Source: Diadema antillarum
Lineage: Eukaryota
Assembly (NCBI RefSeq): GCF_040938485.1
Contig: NW_027271507.1
Coordinates: forward strand, 1,798,001 to 1,862,000
Length of the DNA: 64,000 bases
Direction of reading: 5' to 3'
Shown here: in pieces, positions 14,582 to 28,176 of the stretch
Numbering within the stretch: position 1 is the stretch's first letter
Layout of the letters: every line of letters begins with the position of its first letter
The notes under the pieces: model-generated
Database searches by the model: none
Told to the model about the DNA's origin: nothing
What the model saw: the letters and a program-made list of their open reading frames with translations, nothing else
Translations under genes and position numbers: made by a program

Positions 14582-15105
14582 ATAACCTCCGCCAAGGGAG
14601 GTTATGTTTTCGTAACTGTTGGTTTGTTTGTTCGTTCGTTCGTTCGTTAGTTTGTCCGTGTGCAAAATAACTCAAAAAGTAGTTAACGGATTTGGATGAA
14701 ACTTGCAGAAAAGGTTAAGAATGATACAAGTAACAAATGATTAACTTCTGGTAGTGATCCAAGAATTTTTTTGGGAATTAATGAAGGATTTTCGATATTT
14801 TGGCAGGTAGGGTCAATGAACTTGGGAGTTCAGGCTGCGCCGTATTTGAGGTTCGCATGCGCGCACTAAAGTGCGTGCTCTAGTTTCTGCTAGGGCGAGG
14901 CGCGCCGTATGGTTGTAGCTTAAGGTTTATGACGTAACAAAGGCTTCTATAGTGGGAAATCGGGCGACTTTCAGCGCACAATGCTATAAGTACGTATGGG
15001 TGGAAATCACTGAGATATCTCTATGGTAGCAGAAGATCAGTGGTGGAAAATTTAATGAGCTGCATGCTTGGCGGAGGTCTGCGCTCTCAGAGAGCTTCTC
15101 TAGTT
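14582..15105 (+). mobile_element. Helentron/DINE-1-like element, family B
   Basis: ATAACCTCCGCCAAGGGAGGTTAT hairpin, (GTTC)n, subterminal CTTGGCGGAGGT, 3' hairpin GCTCTCAGAGAGC, CTAGTT end. Confidence 0.78.
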
Positions 15106-16063
15106 TACATGTATGCAATTGTACTGTGAAATTTGATTCTCGTGCCTTATTTCCCACATTTTCTTTTTTATGTTAGGCATTGGAGGAAAACCTACTCACT
15201 CTTTTCTTTGCAGGGCTCTGCATGGCAAGCTGTGTCAATTGCCTACCAGTACAGTACATAATTTGTACAGGTCAAGTCAGAATGACATACACGTGTGCAT
15301 TCTGAATGTTTTCCTGTGTACCCAAAACTGTGTAAATTCCATGTGTGACTGTGTGAATACTTTGTGGAGACTGTTACCAGGTAGTCTTCACTGATTGTGT
15401 ATTAACCAGTTCACCATGGACCATTAATATTATGTAATGGTCGAGTATACATACAATGTACAGTGTACTCTGTACTTTGTGCGGACCATGATATTACATG
15501 CTGGTCATATTGTTTGTTACCAAGTGTCATCACAGCAGCATGTACACACACTCTGTGCCTACTGTACTCCTAGCATAGACTCTGAATAACAGATTCTGAG
15601 ACTGTAGGCAACAACTGACTGTACCCTTTCAACAATGATAATAAAGATACTAATTAGAGATGATAATATGCTAATGACAATAATGATAGATTATAATCTT
15701 CATGAAATTAGGAATTTCTCTGCCATTTGTTGATATCAGTGAAAAGTACAATGAGGTATTTTAAAGTAAAAAGTCACTGTAAATTCAGGCGAATGATTTC
15801 ACTGTTCACTCATAAATAAACACCATGTGTTTTTCCCTTCTTTGATTTGTGTGTGTGACAAATAACGCTCACCACACTGGTGCTCAGTGGAGGAAATACA
15901 TTGTAGCTTGCAGCAGTCAAGTGCTTAAAAACAAAAGCAGCATTCTAATAGCCGAAGAAGGTGCAAGGGAAGTTGTGTTTGTAGCATTCATCCTCCCATT
16001 TATGTTCATATTCCTATCTGTGGGTCTGGCTCAAGCATTCTAGAATGCTGCTTCATATGACCT

Positions 16064-16361
16064 TTAAAGGGATGGTGTATAGTTTTGGTTGTGGTCCGAA
16101 TGAAAGGTGGGACCCATCTCTTATTTGGACCGCTTTGGACCACATTGTGTTTTTTTTGATATCTCAGCCATTTCAAAGCTGATATTTAAAACCACTTCAA
16201 AGATGTCAAAGAGCATACAATTCTAAGAGGAATTCAAAGTTTGTTTGATGAAAATTGGTCTTGAAATAGCTGAGATATAGATCCAAAAACAAAGTGGTCG
16301 AGATGAAAGGTTGCACTCACCTTTTATTAGGACCACAACCAAAACTATACCATCCCTTTAA
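16064..16361. mobile_element. TTAA-flanked Kolobok-like MITE
   Basis: AGGGATGGT..TAGTTTTGGTTGTGGTCC / GGACCACAACCAAAACTATACCATCCCT. Confidence 0.72.
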
Positions 16362-17267
16362 ACATGAACTTTCATCTTCTTAGATTGTCAAACTATGACA
16401 TAGCATTGCGGGGCAAATACATTATAAATATCATACGTAATTTCATGTGTGGGTTACAAAAAATGTAATATAATGACATCCAGTCTTCAGATAATGAATT
16501 AATAATGACTTTGACACTTCCACTACCTTTTGCTGCATGTGAATGCTGATGACAACACCCTCTGTCTATTAGAGACAAATATTTACCCACCAGTATGTAA
16601 TAGGGATGATTAAAGGTTTGATGTTGGGCGTCATCAGTGCATTACTTACCCAGGAAGTATACTTTATGCATGGTATGATATGTAGCAGAGTATTATATTT
16701 GTGAATTTTGTGAGTTGACAAATTATTTTGAAATGTAAACTTGAAAAAATGTCCTCCCGTAACTGTCTTGTATTAAAATGGCATGCATGTACGATCATGT
16801 CTAAGGCGGAAATCTCTAAACTTTTCTTTTGAAAAGTGAGAAGTAATTCTTCTTCTTGAAGTGTTAGTATGGCTCTGGATCCCAAATTCAGCACTCCCAA
16901 AATTGTCTTCCAAGTCAACTTCACAAATTATTATATTTGTGAAATACATGTACATGGCGTGTACAGTATGTGTAGACAGGAATAGTGTGAAAGTGCCTTT
17001 TCATCATCTAAACTGTACAGGCAATGTGCTGATTTGTATGAACAAAGACCGAGTTGAGGCAGACTTTAATCAATGTAATTTTGTTGCAGTGCAGGTGTTA
17101 TTGTGATTATGATTAGTACTTTGGAACAGCTCTGAAAAGTGCATTATGTTCTGCATGGATGCATTTGTATTACGTTGAAGTCAAGATGAAGTCTCAAATT
17201 TATTGGAAGTGACATACAGTACCACTGAGGAGCATCACAGAGCCAGCTGTGCAGAGCTGTAGTCATG

Positions 17268-17451
17268 ATACTGTAAAAGTGGACATTTTCGCAGTGTGGA
17301 AAATAAAAGCGTGTGAATATATTTGCATGCCATATGTTCCTGTAGTTAATGTTCTGATTCTGCGGAATTAAAAACATAAGGGTATGTGAAATTCATCTAC
17401 ATGGCCTTGCACAAAAATATTACTCGCACAGAAATATCCACTTTTACAGTA
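17268..17451. mobile_element. TA-TSD MITE
   Basis: TACTGTAAAAGTGGA...TCCACTTTTACAGTA. Confidence 0.75.
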
Positions 17452-17561
17452 AAGTCATTTGGAAACAGAATTGTTGTGAAAAACCTGGTCAGTAAATCTG
17501 TATAATATACATGCATGTACAGGTCATTATCTCATCTTACATGTGTCAAAATGTAATTCAA

Positions 17562-17726
17562 TACAGTGCACTCCCGTTATAATGAACACGGTTATAACAA
17601 AATTCCAGTTACAACGAAGTAAAAATTCAGGCCGCAACATTATCCTCTCTGTGTATTTTTATTGTTTATTTGTTCGATTATAACGAAATTTCAATATAAC
17701 AAAAGAAAACTGCCGAGTCCACTGTA
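17562..17726. mobile_element. pogo-like TA-TSD MITE
   Basis: TACAGTGCACTC...GAGTCCACTGTA, homologous to 51691-51880. Confidence 0.7.
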
Positions 17727-20087
17727 TGATTATTTTCTGGTGTAGCATACAAACCATGAATACATGTACAAAATGTAGTACTACAATTGATTGCATTGTT
17801 ATGAAAACATACCATACATTACCTGATATTCCCTTTAAAAGGGCTTGTAGAATTGTTGCAATTTATCATTCGTCAATATTGTTTTTTCAGAGTTATCTTA
17901 GCCCGTATCCTGTAGAGCTGCAACCTTTGCTAAATTTGTAACCATGTCCATGCATATCAAGAGATTATAAAGCCATTTTCATTTGCAGTCATTCAATCAG
18001 TGGTACCCTGTCGGATCCCCGCTTTGGTACCAATCTTACATATTAGTCTCCTGCTTATTAAAATACAATACAATTTTGTAGTCATGATACACAGCCCTCG
18101 CTGGTTTCATCACGGTTGACTATTGGTTTCATCAACATGACTTCACTGGGTGCTGCTTTGCCTCCGCTAATATTTGATGACTACCTCCACGGACAGTAAA
18201 ACAGGGTCATCAATAAAACCAGTCTTGCATAATTTATTGTTTATGGGTTGGATCTGTCACAGAAATGCACAGTTATACCAAGACCCTGACAAATTAGGGT
18301 TACACGCCACTATGACTCATGCAGAAATATGATTGCTCTGGTCTGTGCTGTCTGTGAACACTTGTGGGTGTTCTGTTGTTATTTTATTCTATTTTATTTT
18401 CACAGCACATTGTCCGTATCCACATTCTGCCATGTATAGCACTCTACTAGGAATATTCACTTTGGTGGTACCTGCCTAATAGTTACTATGAATCACATAA
18501 TGAATTGAGTGATTCACAATGTGCCCAAAAAAAAAAGTGTTTTTCTGCAAAGTCAGAGATGAGCTGGCCACCTAAAAATTAAGTCTGTGCTTTTGATGAC
18601 ATGTTTTTCCAAAATGATGTGTAGAATGTCACTTGCCATACACGCCAATGGTACAGGTATTCTTCATGATTTTCAGAGTGTAACCTGTATGACTGTAGAT
18701 GGCACCAAGCAGAATTAATCACCTTTTTTAATAGTAGTGTTGATAGAATGTTGATAGAATTGAACAGGATCTCTGTCGTACTTCTTATCAGTTCCAAGCA
18801 TCTTCCATGCAGTTTCATTGCCAGAGGATGTTTTTATCATATAATGATTAAGTGTCGTACTACCGGTACTTTATTTTCATATTTTATGCATACAGGTCTT
18901 CATGATTAGGGTTTTTCTTAACAAGCAAGAAGCCCCCTTCCCCCACTTGCCCAACATAGCAATGGGTAATGCATGCAAAGTGCATTCCAAGTATTAGAAC
19001 ACGCTCGGTACGTGCAGGTGGTGGAATAGCTTGTTAATAGATCGTGGGAGGGGGGGGGGGCAGGGGGATTTCATAGCTTTGAATAGACTATAGTGATAAA
19101 CTGGTGTGTTCCTTGTTCAAACATAAACACTGAGCAGTATTTTATCAACTATAGATGCAAATCCAATATGTGACTGACATGAGCCCAATTCTCAGATTCC
19201 TTCAGATGGCCATTATCTGTGAGTGTGAGGTCTTCTACTTTTCAATTTCACCAACTCTGCAGAGTGTATGTTAACTGTTTTTAGCCCCCTTTTAGAGCCC
19301 CTTGCTGGAAATGCCAGATTCACAGGGAACAAAATAGTGAAGATAATCAGATTAGCCTCCAGTCCAGGTTCTGTGCTATGAGTTGATGATTGCCAAAATA
19401 GATAAGCACCTGCAAAGAACGAGGTAGGATATGCATGCACTTATGACATACACATATTTTACCCAACAAAAATATTAAAGATGACACATAATTTTGCAGT
19501 CTTCTAATAATATTGAAAAGAATCTTCCATTGATGATTCAATGCTCCTAAATTAGATGTATTTTTTTTTTGTATTTATTTGTGTATAAAATCATTTATTT
19601 ATTGATACTTCTGGTCTGCATAAAAGTAGAATGCAAAAAAAAAGAGCAAAATAAACAAATTGAAGAAAAACCCCTATAAGACCTGGAAGATATGACAGTC
19701 TTTTAGATCATGTACACTGTAAGTGCAGTTTCAGCTAATCCTGTGGATCATAATAATTGACCAAATAATGTTAGCCACAAAGAGAATTTTTATCAAAAGT
19801 TAGGTAGCCTGATATGAAAATACCTGTAAGAGAACTTGTTGAGAAGATAAAAAGAAGATGAAATACTGCGTAAACTACTATATCAAAAGAAATAATTCTT
19901 AGAATTGTCAACTATTGGTCATTGTTAAGTAATTTATTTTCCTTCATTTTCAAAGTTTTATTTTGTCAAGAGTTGGGGCTCGTAATTCACATTGGTAAGA
20001 TGCAGCATATAGAAATTCACTTTTTTTCACCTGATCCAATAAATGACATTTGAGTGATTTTGCATTCTTTGACCTTGTTTTTTTTTT

Positions 20088-22322
20088 TTATTCCCCCACC
20101 CACACATAGTGTGTATGGGGGTATATAGGAATCACTCTGAAGTCGGGTGGCCGGTCGGTCGGTCAGGTGGGCGGGCGGTCGGTCGGGCAGTCGGTCCGTT
20201 GCAAAATCTTGTGGATCGAACTCCGCTCTCATTTTTTGAGCAATTGACCGTAAATTAGGCATGTGTGACCACTATCAAAGGTAGCTGTGCAAGACACCTT
20301 TATCGGTAGTATCGCATAATGTGTTGGCATGGCAATGGCATATTTTCATAAAAACGTGTGGATTGAACTACACTCTCATTTTTTGAGCACTTAACCCCAA
20401 ATTTGGCACGTGTCTCCGCTATCAAAGTAAGATGTGCAAGACACCTTTTTCGTTAGTATTGCGTATTGAGTTGCTATGACAACAGCAAATTTTACAAATA
20501 TCTTACAAAATGTTGTGGATCGAACTACTCTCATTTTTTGAGCAATTGACCCCAAATTTGGCATGTGTGACCGCTATTAAAGGTAGATGTGCATGACACC
20601 TTTTTCGTTAGTATTGCATAATGCGTTGCCATGGCAACGGCATATTTTCATTAAAAAACTTGTGGATCAAACTACTCTCATTTTTTGAGCAATTGACCTC
20701 AACTTTGGCATATGTGACAGCTATCAAAGGTAAATGTGCAAAATACCTTTTACGTTAGTAGTGCATAATGCGTTGTCATGGCAACAGCAAATTTATTTTA
20801 AAATCTTACAAAATGTTGTGGCTCAAACTTCTCTCTCAGTTTTATAGCAACTCAATTGAAATTTGGGATATACGATCAATATAACGTGTAATTGTGCAGG
20901 ACACATTTTTTTTGCTTGTGAATAGATCTGTTGCCATGGCAACAGCAGTTTTTTTTTAATACAATCATACAAAAATATGTGGATTGACCTAACTCCCAGA
21001 TTTTTTTGCGAATTTGACTTGAATTTTGGCACATGTGACCACTACAGTATGTAGATGTGCAGAACACAGGTCTGTTGATGTTGAACAATGCGTTTCCATG
21101 GTAACAGCCTTTTTTCACTCAAAAGAATATAAAAAAAATGTGGATTCAGCTAACTCCCTCAGTCTTTCAGCATATGCCTTGAAATTTAGCACATGTGACT
21201 TCTGTGGTGCACTTGATCTTTCGTCATTGTTGAACAGTGTGTTGCCATGGTATTGGTAACAGCATATTCTGAATGAAAATCATACAAAAATACTGTGGAT
21301 TCAGATATCTCCCTCAGTCTTCTAGCATTTGGCTTGAAATTTGGTACATGTGACCGCTATAGTACGTAGATGTGCAAACTTAATCTTTCGTCAATGTTGA
21401 ACAATGCATTGCCATGGTAACAGCATTTTTTTCACAAAAAGGCATACAAAAATATTGTGGATTCAGCTTACTCCCTCGGTCTTTGAGCATTTTGCTTGAA
21501 ATTTGGCACATGTGACCGCTATAGTACAAAGATGTGTAAACTATATCTTTCGTCATTGTTGAAGAATGTGTTGCCATGGTAACAGCATATTTTGAATGAA
21601 AAATCATACAAAAATACTGTGGCTTCAGTTAACTCCCTCAGTCTTTGAATATTTGGCTTGAAATTTGGCACATGCGACCGCTATAGTACAAAGATGTGCC
21701 AACTTCATCTTTCGTCATTGTTGAATGATGTGTTGCCATGGTAACAGTATATTTTGAATGGAAATCATAAATATTTGGAATTCAGTTTAGTCTCATTTTT
21801 TGTTTATCATTTGCCTTCAAATTTGGCACATGTTACCACTATATTAACTAGCTATGCAAAATTGATCTTTCGTCATTGTTGGAAAATGTGTTGCCATGGT
21901 AACAGCATATTTTGAATGAAAATCATACAATGATATTTTGAATTCACCTAACTCCTAGATGGTTTTGAGCATTTGACTTGAAATTTGGCATATGTGACAG
22001 CTGTGATATATAGTTGTGCAAACTTCATTTTTTCCAATGTCAAACATTTTGTTGCCATGGTAACAGCATTTTTTAATGAAAATCATGGAAATTACTGATT
22101 TATTTGCTTTACTCATTCAGGTTTTGAGCACTTGACTTGAGATATATATGGCACATGAGTATCAGTGAGCAAAATATACATTTCTTCAATGTTGAACAGT
22201 ACATTGTCATGGTAATTGGGTTTTTTTTTCAATAAAAAGAATACAAAGTCATCATTGCTAGTTGAGCTAACTCCCTCAGTGTTAGGTGGGGGTATTAACC
22301 ACATTGAGTGATACTTCTAGTT
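20088..22322 (+). mobile_element. Helentron/DINE-1-like element, family C, with internal satellite
   Basis: ATTCCCCCACC...GGTGGGGGTAT subterminal IR, (GGTC)n microsatellite, CTAG end, poly-T flanks. Confidence 0.78.
20200..22280. repeat. tandem array of ~13 diverged units of ~147-165 bp
   Basis: Recurring GTGGAT.AACT...AAATTTGGCA...GTTGCCATGG(C/T)AACAGCAT in each unit. Confidence 0.9.
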
Positions 22323-24139
22323 TTTTTCTAATGAATAGATCTGTATTTGCCATGTAGGACAGTACACTGTGCCTGGAGTTTTAGAACACCATACATGTTA
22401 GTTGTCAACTGAATATTGTACACTGCACAAATTTGGTACATTTGATAAATGATTGCATTCATGGGCAGTTCCTAATGGTGTAAATTTCTTCTCTCAGCTA
22501 TACTAAACCACCACAGCATGAAATGTCAAGTACCTCGTGACTGCACATGGCTCTTGTGAACAAGCGCGCAAATCTGAGAATCTGGGATACGAGTGCGCGT
22601 CTAGGAAGTCACACCCTGATAAAGGTTTTGCCAAGTGTTGCAGATTGTTTTTTGATCTGTCATTGTTCAACTGAATTCTAGATTGTTAGTCAGTGTCATG
22701 GCTTAGGTCTCAACCTTTTGTTGGGTACATGAACCTCAGGAAATGCAAAGAGTGCCTGCACCCAGCTGCAGCTATACATAGATCTGCAACTGTTAGATCT
22801 TCTTGTTCTATGTCACAAGAACACAGAAGATGTAAATGTTTTGGTATTTCTACAAGAAAATTAAAGATTTAGAATCTTCTTATCCCTCTGCATTATTTCT
22901 GGTTAAATTAACCTCATGCCACACACCTCAGTGATATTAACTATTGAATGAAGAACATTGCTTGAATTATTATACAGTTAATGAAAATAAGTAATCAGTA
23001 TCATTATGTCATACTCTGCAGTGCAGGTTATATTTGAATAGAGTACACATGATCAATATGAAGGATGTGTCAGTTTTTACAGTGTATTATACAATTGATG
23101 CACATTTTCTCTGTGCAGGGGTTTTGATTTATGTCTTACCAATTACTATTTCATCTAAGTCTGTGGAAGGAAATCAAATTAAAGTTATAAACAACCATTG
23201 TCAAATTGACTGTAAGAAATAAATGTCTAAAGTACCAAACAGTGAAAGGTTCATTAAATCAAGTGATGGAAATCAAAGCTGTGACAGAAGCTAACTTGGG
23301 TAATAAATATTATGTTTTGACAAAATTGTAATGTATGTAGATTATATGAGGTGATAATATTAGACCCTCATTAAAGTCTCCCATTTGTTTGATGTAACAT
23401 TTGAATGAAATTAAGTTAGAAGAAAGATTCACTTCTCATCTTCAGGTTATTCTAGCATTGTAGCAATTAGCAGTTATGATCTTTTAATGCTAGTAAAAGG
23501 AATAGTTTATTGGCGTTAAATATTAACCATGAAAGGGATTTTATAGTATTCTAATGTACGAATGAAAGACAGAGTTGCGAGCTGATAACATCATCTCCTT
23601 GTCTTATAAGCATAATGTCACTGAGGCCAATATCTTAGTTTTGTAAAAGCATGTTAAACTTATGTTTGTATACAGTTTAGATGAAACTGTTATGTTTCTG
23701 TTTGTTTACTACTGTACTGGTATACTCTTCTTGTTACAGTCGAGTTCAGTATAGGATAGAGTTTTCCTTTGATGTTAGAATTGATATATGTGTGCCGTCA
23801 TATCAATAAATAAATAAACAGGAAATTTGATGTGATTTATGATCTATAGGTATAGTGAATGATATCTGCAAGATATTTTTATCGATGACTTTCTGATCTG
23901 AGAGAAGCTGGCAATGTGGCACGTACATTCCAGGTTCTGTTTGGTTCATTTTGTCAAATGTTGCAGAACCCCCCAGTGCCCAAGGGAAATTAATCATTTT
24001 GATGAAGGACCGAACTTGAAGCATCAAAATGTCTTACCTCCTGTTACCCTTTCCAAGCCACAATTAAAGGGATGCAGAGAGCATTTTAAGGGCAGCAGTA
24101 AATTGGCATATTCTGCTGTCATCAAATTGTCTCTCAATA

Positions 24140-24599
24140 GGCGCGGTCAGACTGGCAAAAGAATGAGAAGTTCAAGATCGCGAAGTCTTTGTGATCTTTT
24201 GTGGTCCGTTCACACTGGCAGCCAAAGATCAAGAAGTTTGGGTCATTAGTACATGTACACAAGAAAGAAGAAAGAGTGCGCCGTCTGATTGCTAGTGATT
24301 GGGAGGTAACAATGAACACCTGTATTTGGTTATAACACAATAGCCATGCACTTCTGAGACATCTCCAGAAAACAGGTGGTGGACTGGCCACCTGACAAAC
24401 TTTGCGAAGTGTCATTTTCTAGTGTTCACACTGGCAAAAGATCAAGAAGTTTGGAAGTGCTTGGGAAATATCCCTAAGTTTGAATGGGAAGATTCGCAAG
24501 AAGTTTTGCAGGAAGTTTGCGGTCACACTGGCAAAACTCTCGAGCTATTAAAAAATTGTGATCTTAAACTTCTTGATCTTTTGCCAGTGTGGCCGTGGC
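24140..24599. mobile_element. PIF/Harbinger-like MITE
   Basis: GGCGCGGTCAGACTGGCAAAAGA / TCTTTTGCCAGTGTGGCCGTGGC with internal repeats of the TIR motif. Confidence 0.65.
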
Positions 24600-24800
24600 T
24601 ACTGACTTACTCTGCAGCACATAAAGTCTGTTATGTGTCAATAGTGAAAACAGCATTGCCCTTTTCATGTTCTAAGAAATACAATGGAGCAATTTCAAAA
24701 GTATACATCACTTCTTTCGTGGCTTTGTTTACAACAGTGGGAGGAATACTCAGCACTGTCAATATTTTATGGCAAAATTTGCTTTTTCCCTGTGACATTT

Positions 24801-26003
24801 TTATGCCTCCGCCACAAAGTGGTGCCGGAGGCANNNNNNNNNNNNNNNNNNNNNNNNNNNNNNNNNNNNNNNNNNNNNNNNNNNNNNNNNNNNNNNNNNN
24901 NNNNNNNNNNNNNNNNNNNNNNNNNNNNNNNNNNNNNNNNNNNNNNNNNNNNNNNNNNNNNNNNNTGGACAGGGTAACTATCAAAACCTTTTGAGGTATC
25001 CTAATGAAACTTGGCATGTATGTGTATCAGGGGGTGAAGTTGTGCCTATCAACTTTTGGGTGCACATGCTCAAGGTCAAAGGTCAAAAGCTCAAGGTCAA
25101 ATGCTTAAAATTTAACTATTTCCCCCATATCTATGCAATATCTGAAGATATTTTCTTGAAACTTAGTGTATACATGTATTACCCAATTAAGATTCTCTGG
25201 TGAAAGTTTGGGGTCATGAGGTCAAAAGGTCAAAGGTCAAAAGGTCAAGTAAAATGTTAAAATTTCACTTTTTTCTCTGTATCTTGGAAATTGTTCAAGG
25301 TATCTTTATGGAACAAAGTATATATGCATGTACTGACTGGCAGTGGTTATCTAGGGAATTTGGGGTTCATGTGGTCAAAGGTCAGGGGTCAAAGGTCAAG
25401 GGCAATACTTCAAAATTTTACTATTTTCCTTGTATTTATGCAATGCCAGCAGGATTATTTTTTTTAAAACTTGATGTATGCATGTATAACCCACTAGAGA
25501 TTGTCTGGGATTTTTTTTTTGCCAAGAAGGTCAAAGGTCAAAAGGTCAAAGATCAAGTGAAAGTGCTGAACTTACTTCTTTCTCCATATCTCGGAAGTGG
25601 CTCAAGTTATCTTTAAACATAGTACATATTTATGTATGTTCTACATGACATTGATTCTCTTATGAATCAAAGGCCAGATGAAAATGATAACAATTTACTG
25701 TTCAATACAGAAATTGCACTTTTTCTCCATACCTTGACAATTACTCAAGTGCGTAAACTTATGAAAGGGTCAAAGTCGAAGTTAAAGTTCTTAAATCCCC
25801 AAATACATGCTCTCCTATTCATCCAATTAAACATAGGTCAAAGAAGGTGAACATTCGATACATTTGCGACAAACATGTCATTTTAATATTTTGCCAATTT
25901 TGTGAAAATGTAATCACACATTGTCCACATGTACTATAGACCTATTAGGAGAATCATGCATTATGGCGGAGGCATACCAGTCGCCATAGCGACATTTCTA
26001 GTT
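24801..26003 (+). mobile_element. Helentron/DINE-1-like element, family A copy 2
   Basis: Clearly homologous to 6079-6996. 3' hairpin GTCGCCATAGCGAC. The N run sits where the microsatellite is expected. Confidence 0.8.
24834..24964. other. assembly gap or masked run (131 N)
   Basis: N run. Confidence 0.98.
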
Positions 26004-26649
26004 TTGGTTTCTCTGATAGAGACTTGGCTCTGTTTCATATTGTGTGAAATTAAGATATTACGTGTAAATATGCTGGTTAAAAAACATGAACATGCCAGTA
26101 TAGTCAGAACCCTGTCAGTGTCTACAGTAGTTTGTTTGTCCAAATGCAGAGAGCATGTGTGGCTATAGTGCTTTGCTCTTTATGCATGGCTCTTTGTTGG
26201 TGTGCAAAAGATGCAAAAACTTGCACTTTGGCAAGTATCAGATTAGGTCTCGTTATTGTAAGGGTGGTTATGACAGTTAATACACACATGTCATGTCCTA
26301 TTTGAGCTGGTCACTAATTAATCCCTCTGCCTGCTGCAGCCTGATGCCTGATGTATTGATTAGTCCATTTCAGCTGCCCAAGGTTAGAAGTCCCACTCAG
26401 CTAATAGCATCTCTTTTTATATTGACTTACTGTTAATAAATCACACTGAATTAATTAAAAAGGTGGAAAGCTAAAATTAGCTATAACTGGAGAGTTCCAG
26501 TGTGGCAAATTCTGTGATGGTTAGATGCATTACCATGAGATCATCTGTGTACGTAGTATTACCAAAGTCAGGATGAAAGCTTTCTTGAAAGACTGGCTGT
26601 GTACTAGTACTGTAGTCCGTGTAAGCTGTATAAAGTGTAATCAATCTAA

Positions 26650-27130
26650 GGCTGCGTTTATCTAAAAATTTTCTGAGGCAGTGTCACGATCCTAAACGCG
26701 TTTCAGGCATTTTCAGGGGTTAGATAAACACAACCCTGTTTTCAAACGCGTTTAGAAACGCTGTTTTGAAACGCCTTTCAAAGGGCGTTTTGAAACACGT
26801 TTGAGACCACGATGGCCGTTCTGGGAGTAGATAAATGCAATGCCGTTTGAAACGCGTTTATATCTCAAGGTCAAATCCAGCTGTTTCCGGTTGTGCTCTC
26901 TACCCGTTATTTGTGTGTGACTGATGAGGCATGTTTGGTGGTATGCAGTTGACCTTTACTTCCTGGGTCAAACGGCGCAAAGCAGCTGCGCAGTGACACC
27001 ACTCGAATTGCGATTGTATGATGGTTAGATAAACGTCAGCACCCTGAGAATCGCGTTTCAAACCACGTTTGCAAACACCGTTCCAAACGCGTTTTGAAAT
27101 GTGATTCTCTCAAGTTAGATAAACGCAGCC
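26650..27130. mobile_element. PIF/Harbinger-like MITE
   Basis: Perfect 16-bp TIR GGCTGCGTTTATCTAA. Internal AAACGCGTTT palindromes. Confidence 0.75.
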
Positions 27131-27356
27131 GTAGTTAGCACAATTCAGGAAAGTTTGGGACTTCATATTTTAAAAATCCATTCACTTTTAATGTACCCAC
27201 AATGTTGTTTCATAGGCAGTCATTAACAGACTTATACCATGGGACCTTACCCTGACAAATGTCTGGACAGCTTCCCTCCAGAGTTAGAATTCCTTGTCTT
27301 AGGCAGTACAACTGCTGGAGAGAGCAAGAGATGCTATCTTGATAGACACACACCGA

Positions 27357-28176
27357 AGGCGTGTCTTCATCAGCCCGAAGTTCAAACTAGCGAGACATTT
27401 TGCGGTCTTAGTAAATAGCCCGATACAGCGAATGTGCGTCTTCATCAGCTCGAACAGCCTGTTTCGGGAAATTAGTCCAAAAATTAACGCATGCGCACTT
27501 TGCAATATTACTCTGCCTAGCTCGCGGTTCGAAAGTGGATTTCCCCGCTCAAAATCTCCTATATCACCGTATGTACGATACTACAACCAGGGAGGTGAGC
27601 GGTACAGCAAATTCTCTCCAAAGGGATATTAATAACGCTACTCTTTTGTCCAGCGAGGCATCTTATATGAAGTTAACAAATTGCAATGTGTTAAACAAAT
27701 CAAAAATACACACAATCTGCAAGAATCTTCAGCTAAGGAAGAAGTTTACAAAAAACAGCTAGCATGCACGGCACTGAGTTTTATTAGGGAGGTGAGAGAA
27801 ATCACCTCCCTGGTTTGATGTCAACAACAGTAGGCCTATATGTGATCCTGGATGAATACACCGTGCGTGGGGGTAATGTACTAACACAATTACTAGCTTG
27901 TACATGCGTTTTCCATTGCCAGCTGGCTAACCAGAAGCGTGGAGGGATCGAGAAAATTTCGGGCTGATGGAGACGCACCCAAAATAGCGCGCTATTTCAT
28001 GAATTAGCGCTCTAGTTGACGAACTAGGCCAAGATTTTTGTGGAAATTTTCCCGATCAAATAGCGCGCTATCTGCGTCTTCACTACACAGATAGCGCGCT
28101 ATTTTGACATTGGACTAGTTTGGTAACCGCAAGATAGCGCGCTATTTTGAAACTTCGGGCTGATGAAGACACGCCT
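27357..28176. mobile_element. PIF/Harbinger-like MITE
   Basis: ~30-bp TIR AGGCGTGTCTTCATCAGCCCGAAGTT. Repeated ATAGCGCGCTAT palindromes. Confidence 0.75.

Noticed and set aside
20200-22280. CRISPR-like array (conserved palindrome with regular spacing)
   Set aside because: The sequences between palindromes are homologous to each other, there are no cas genes, and the context is eukaryotic. It is a satellite.
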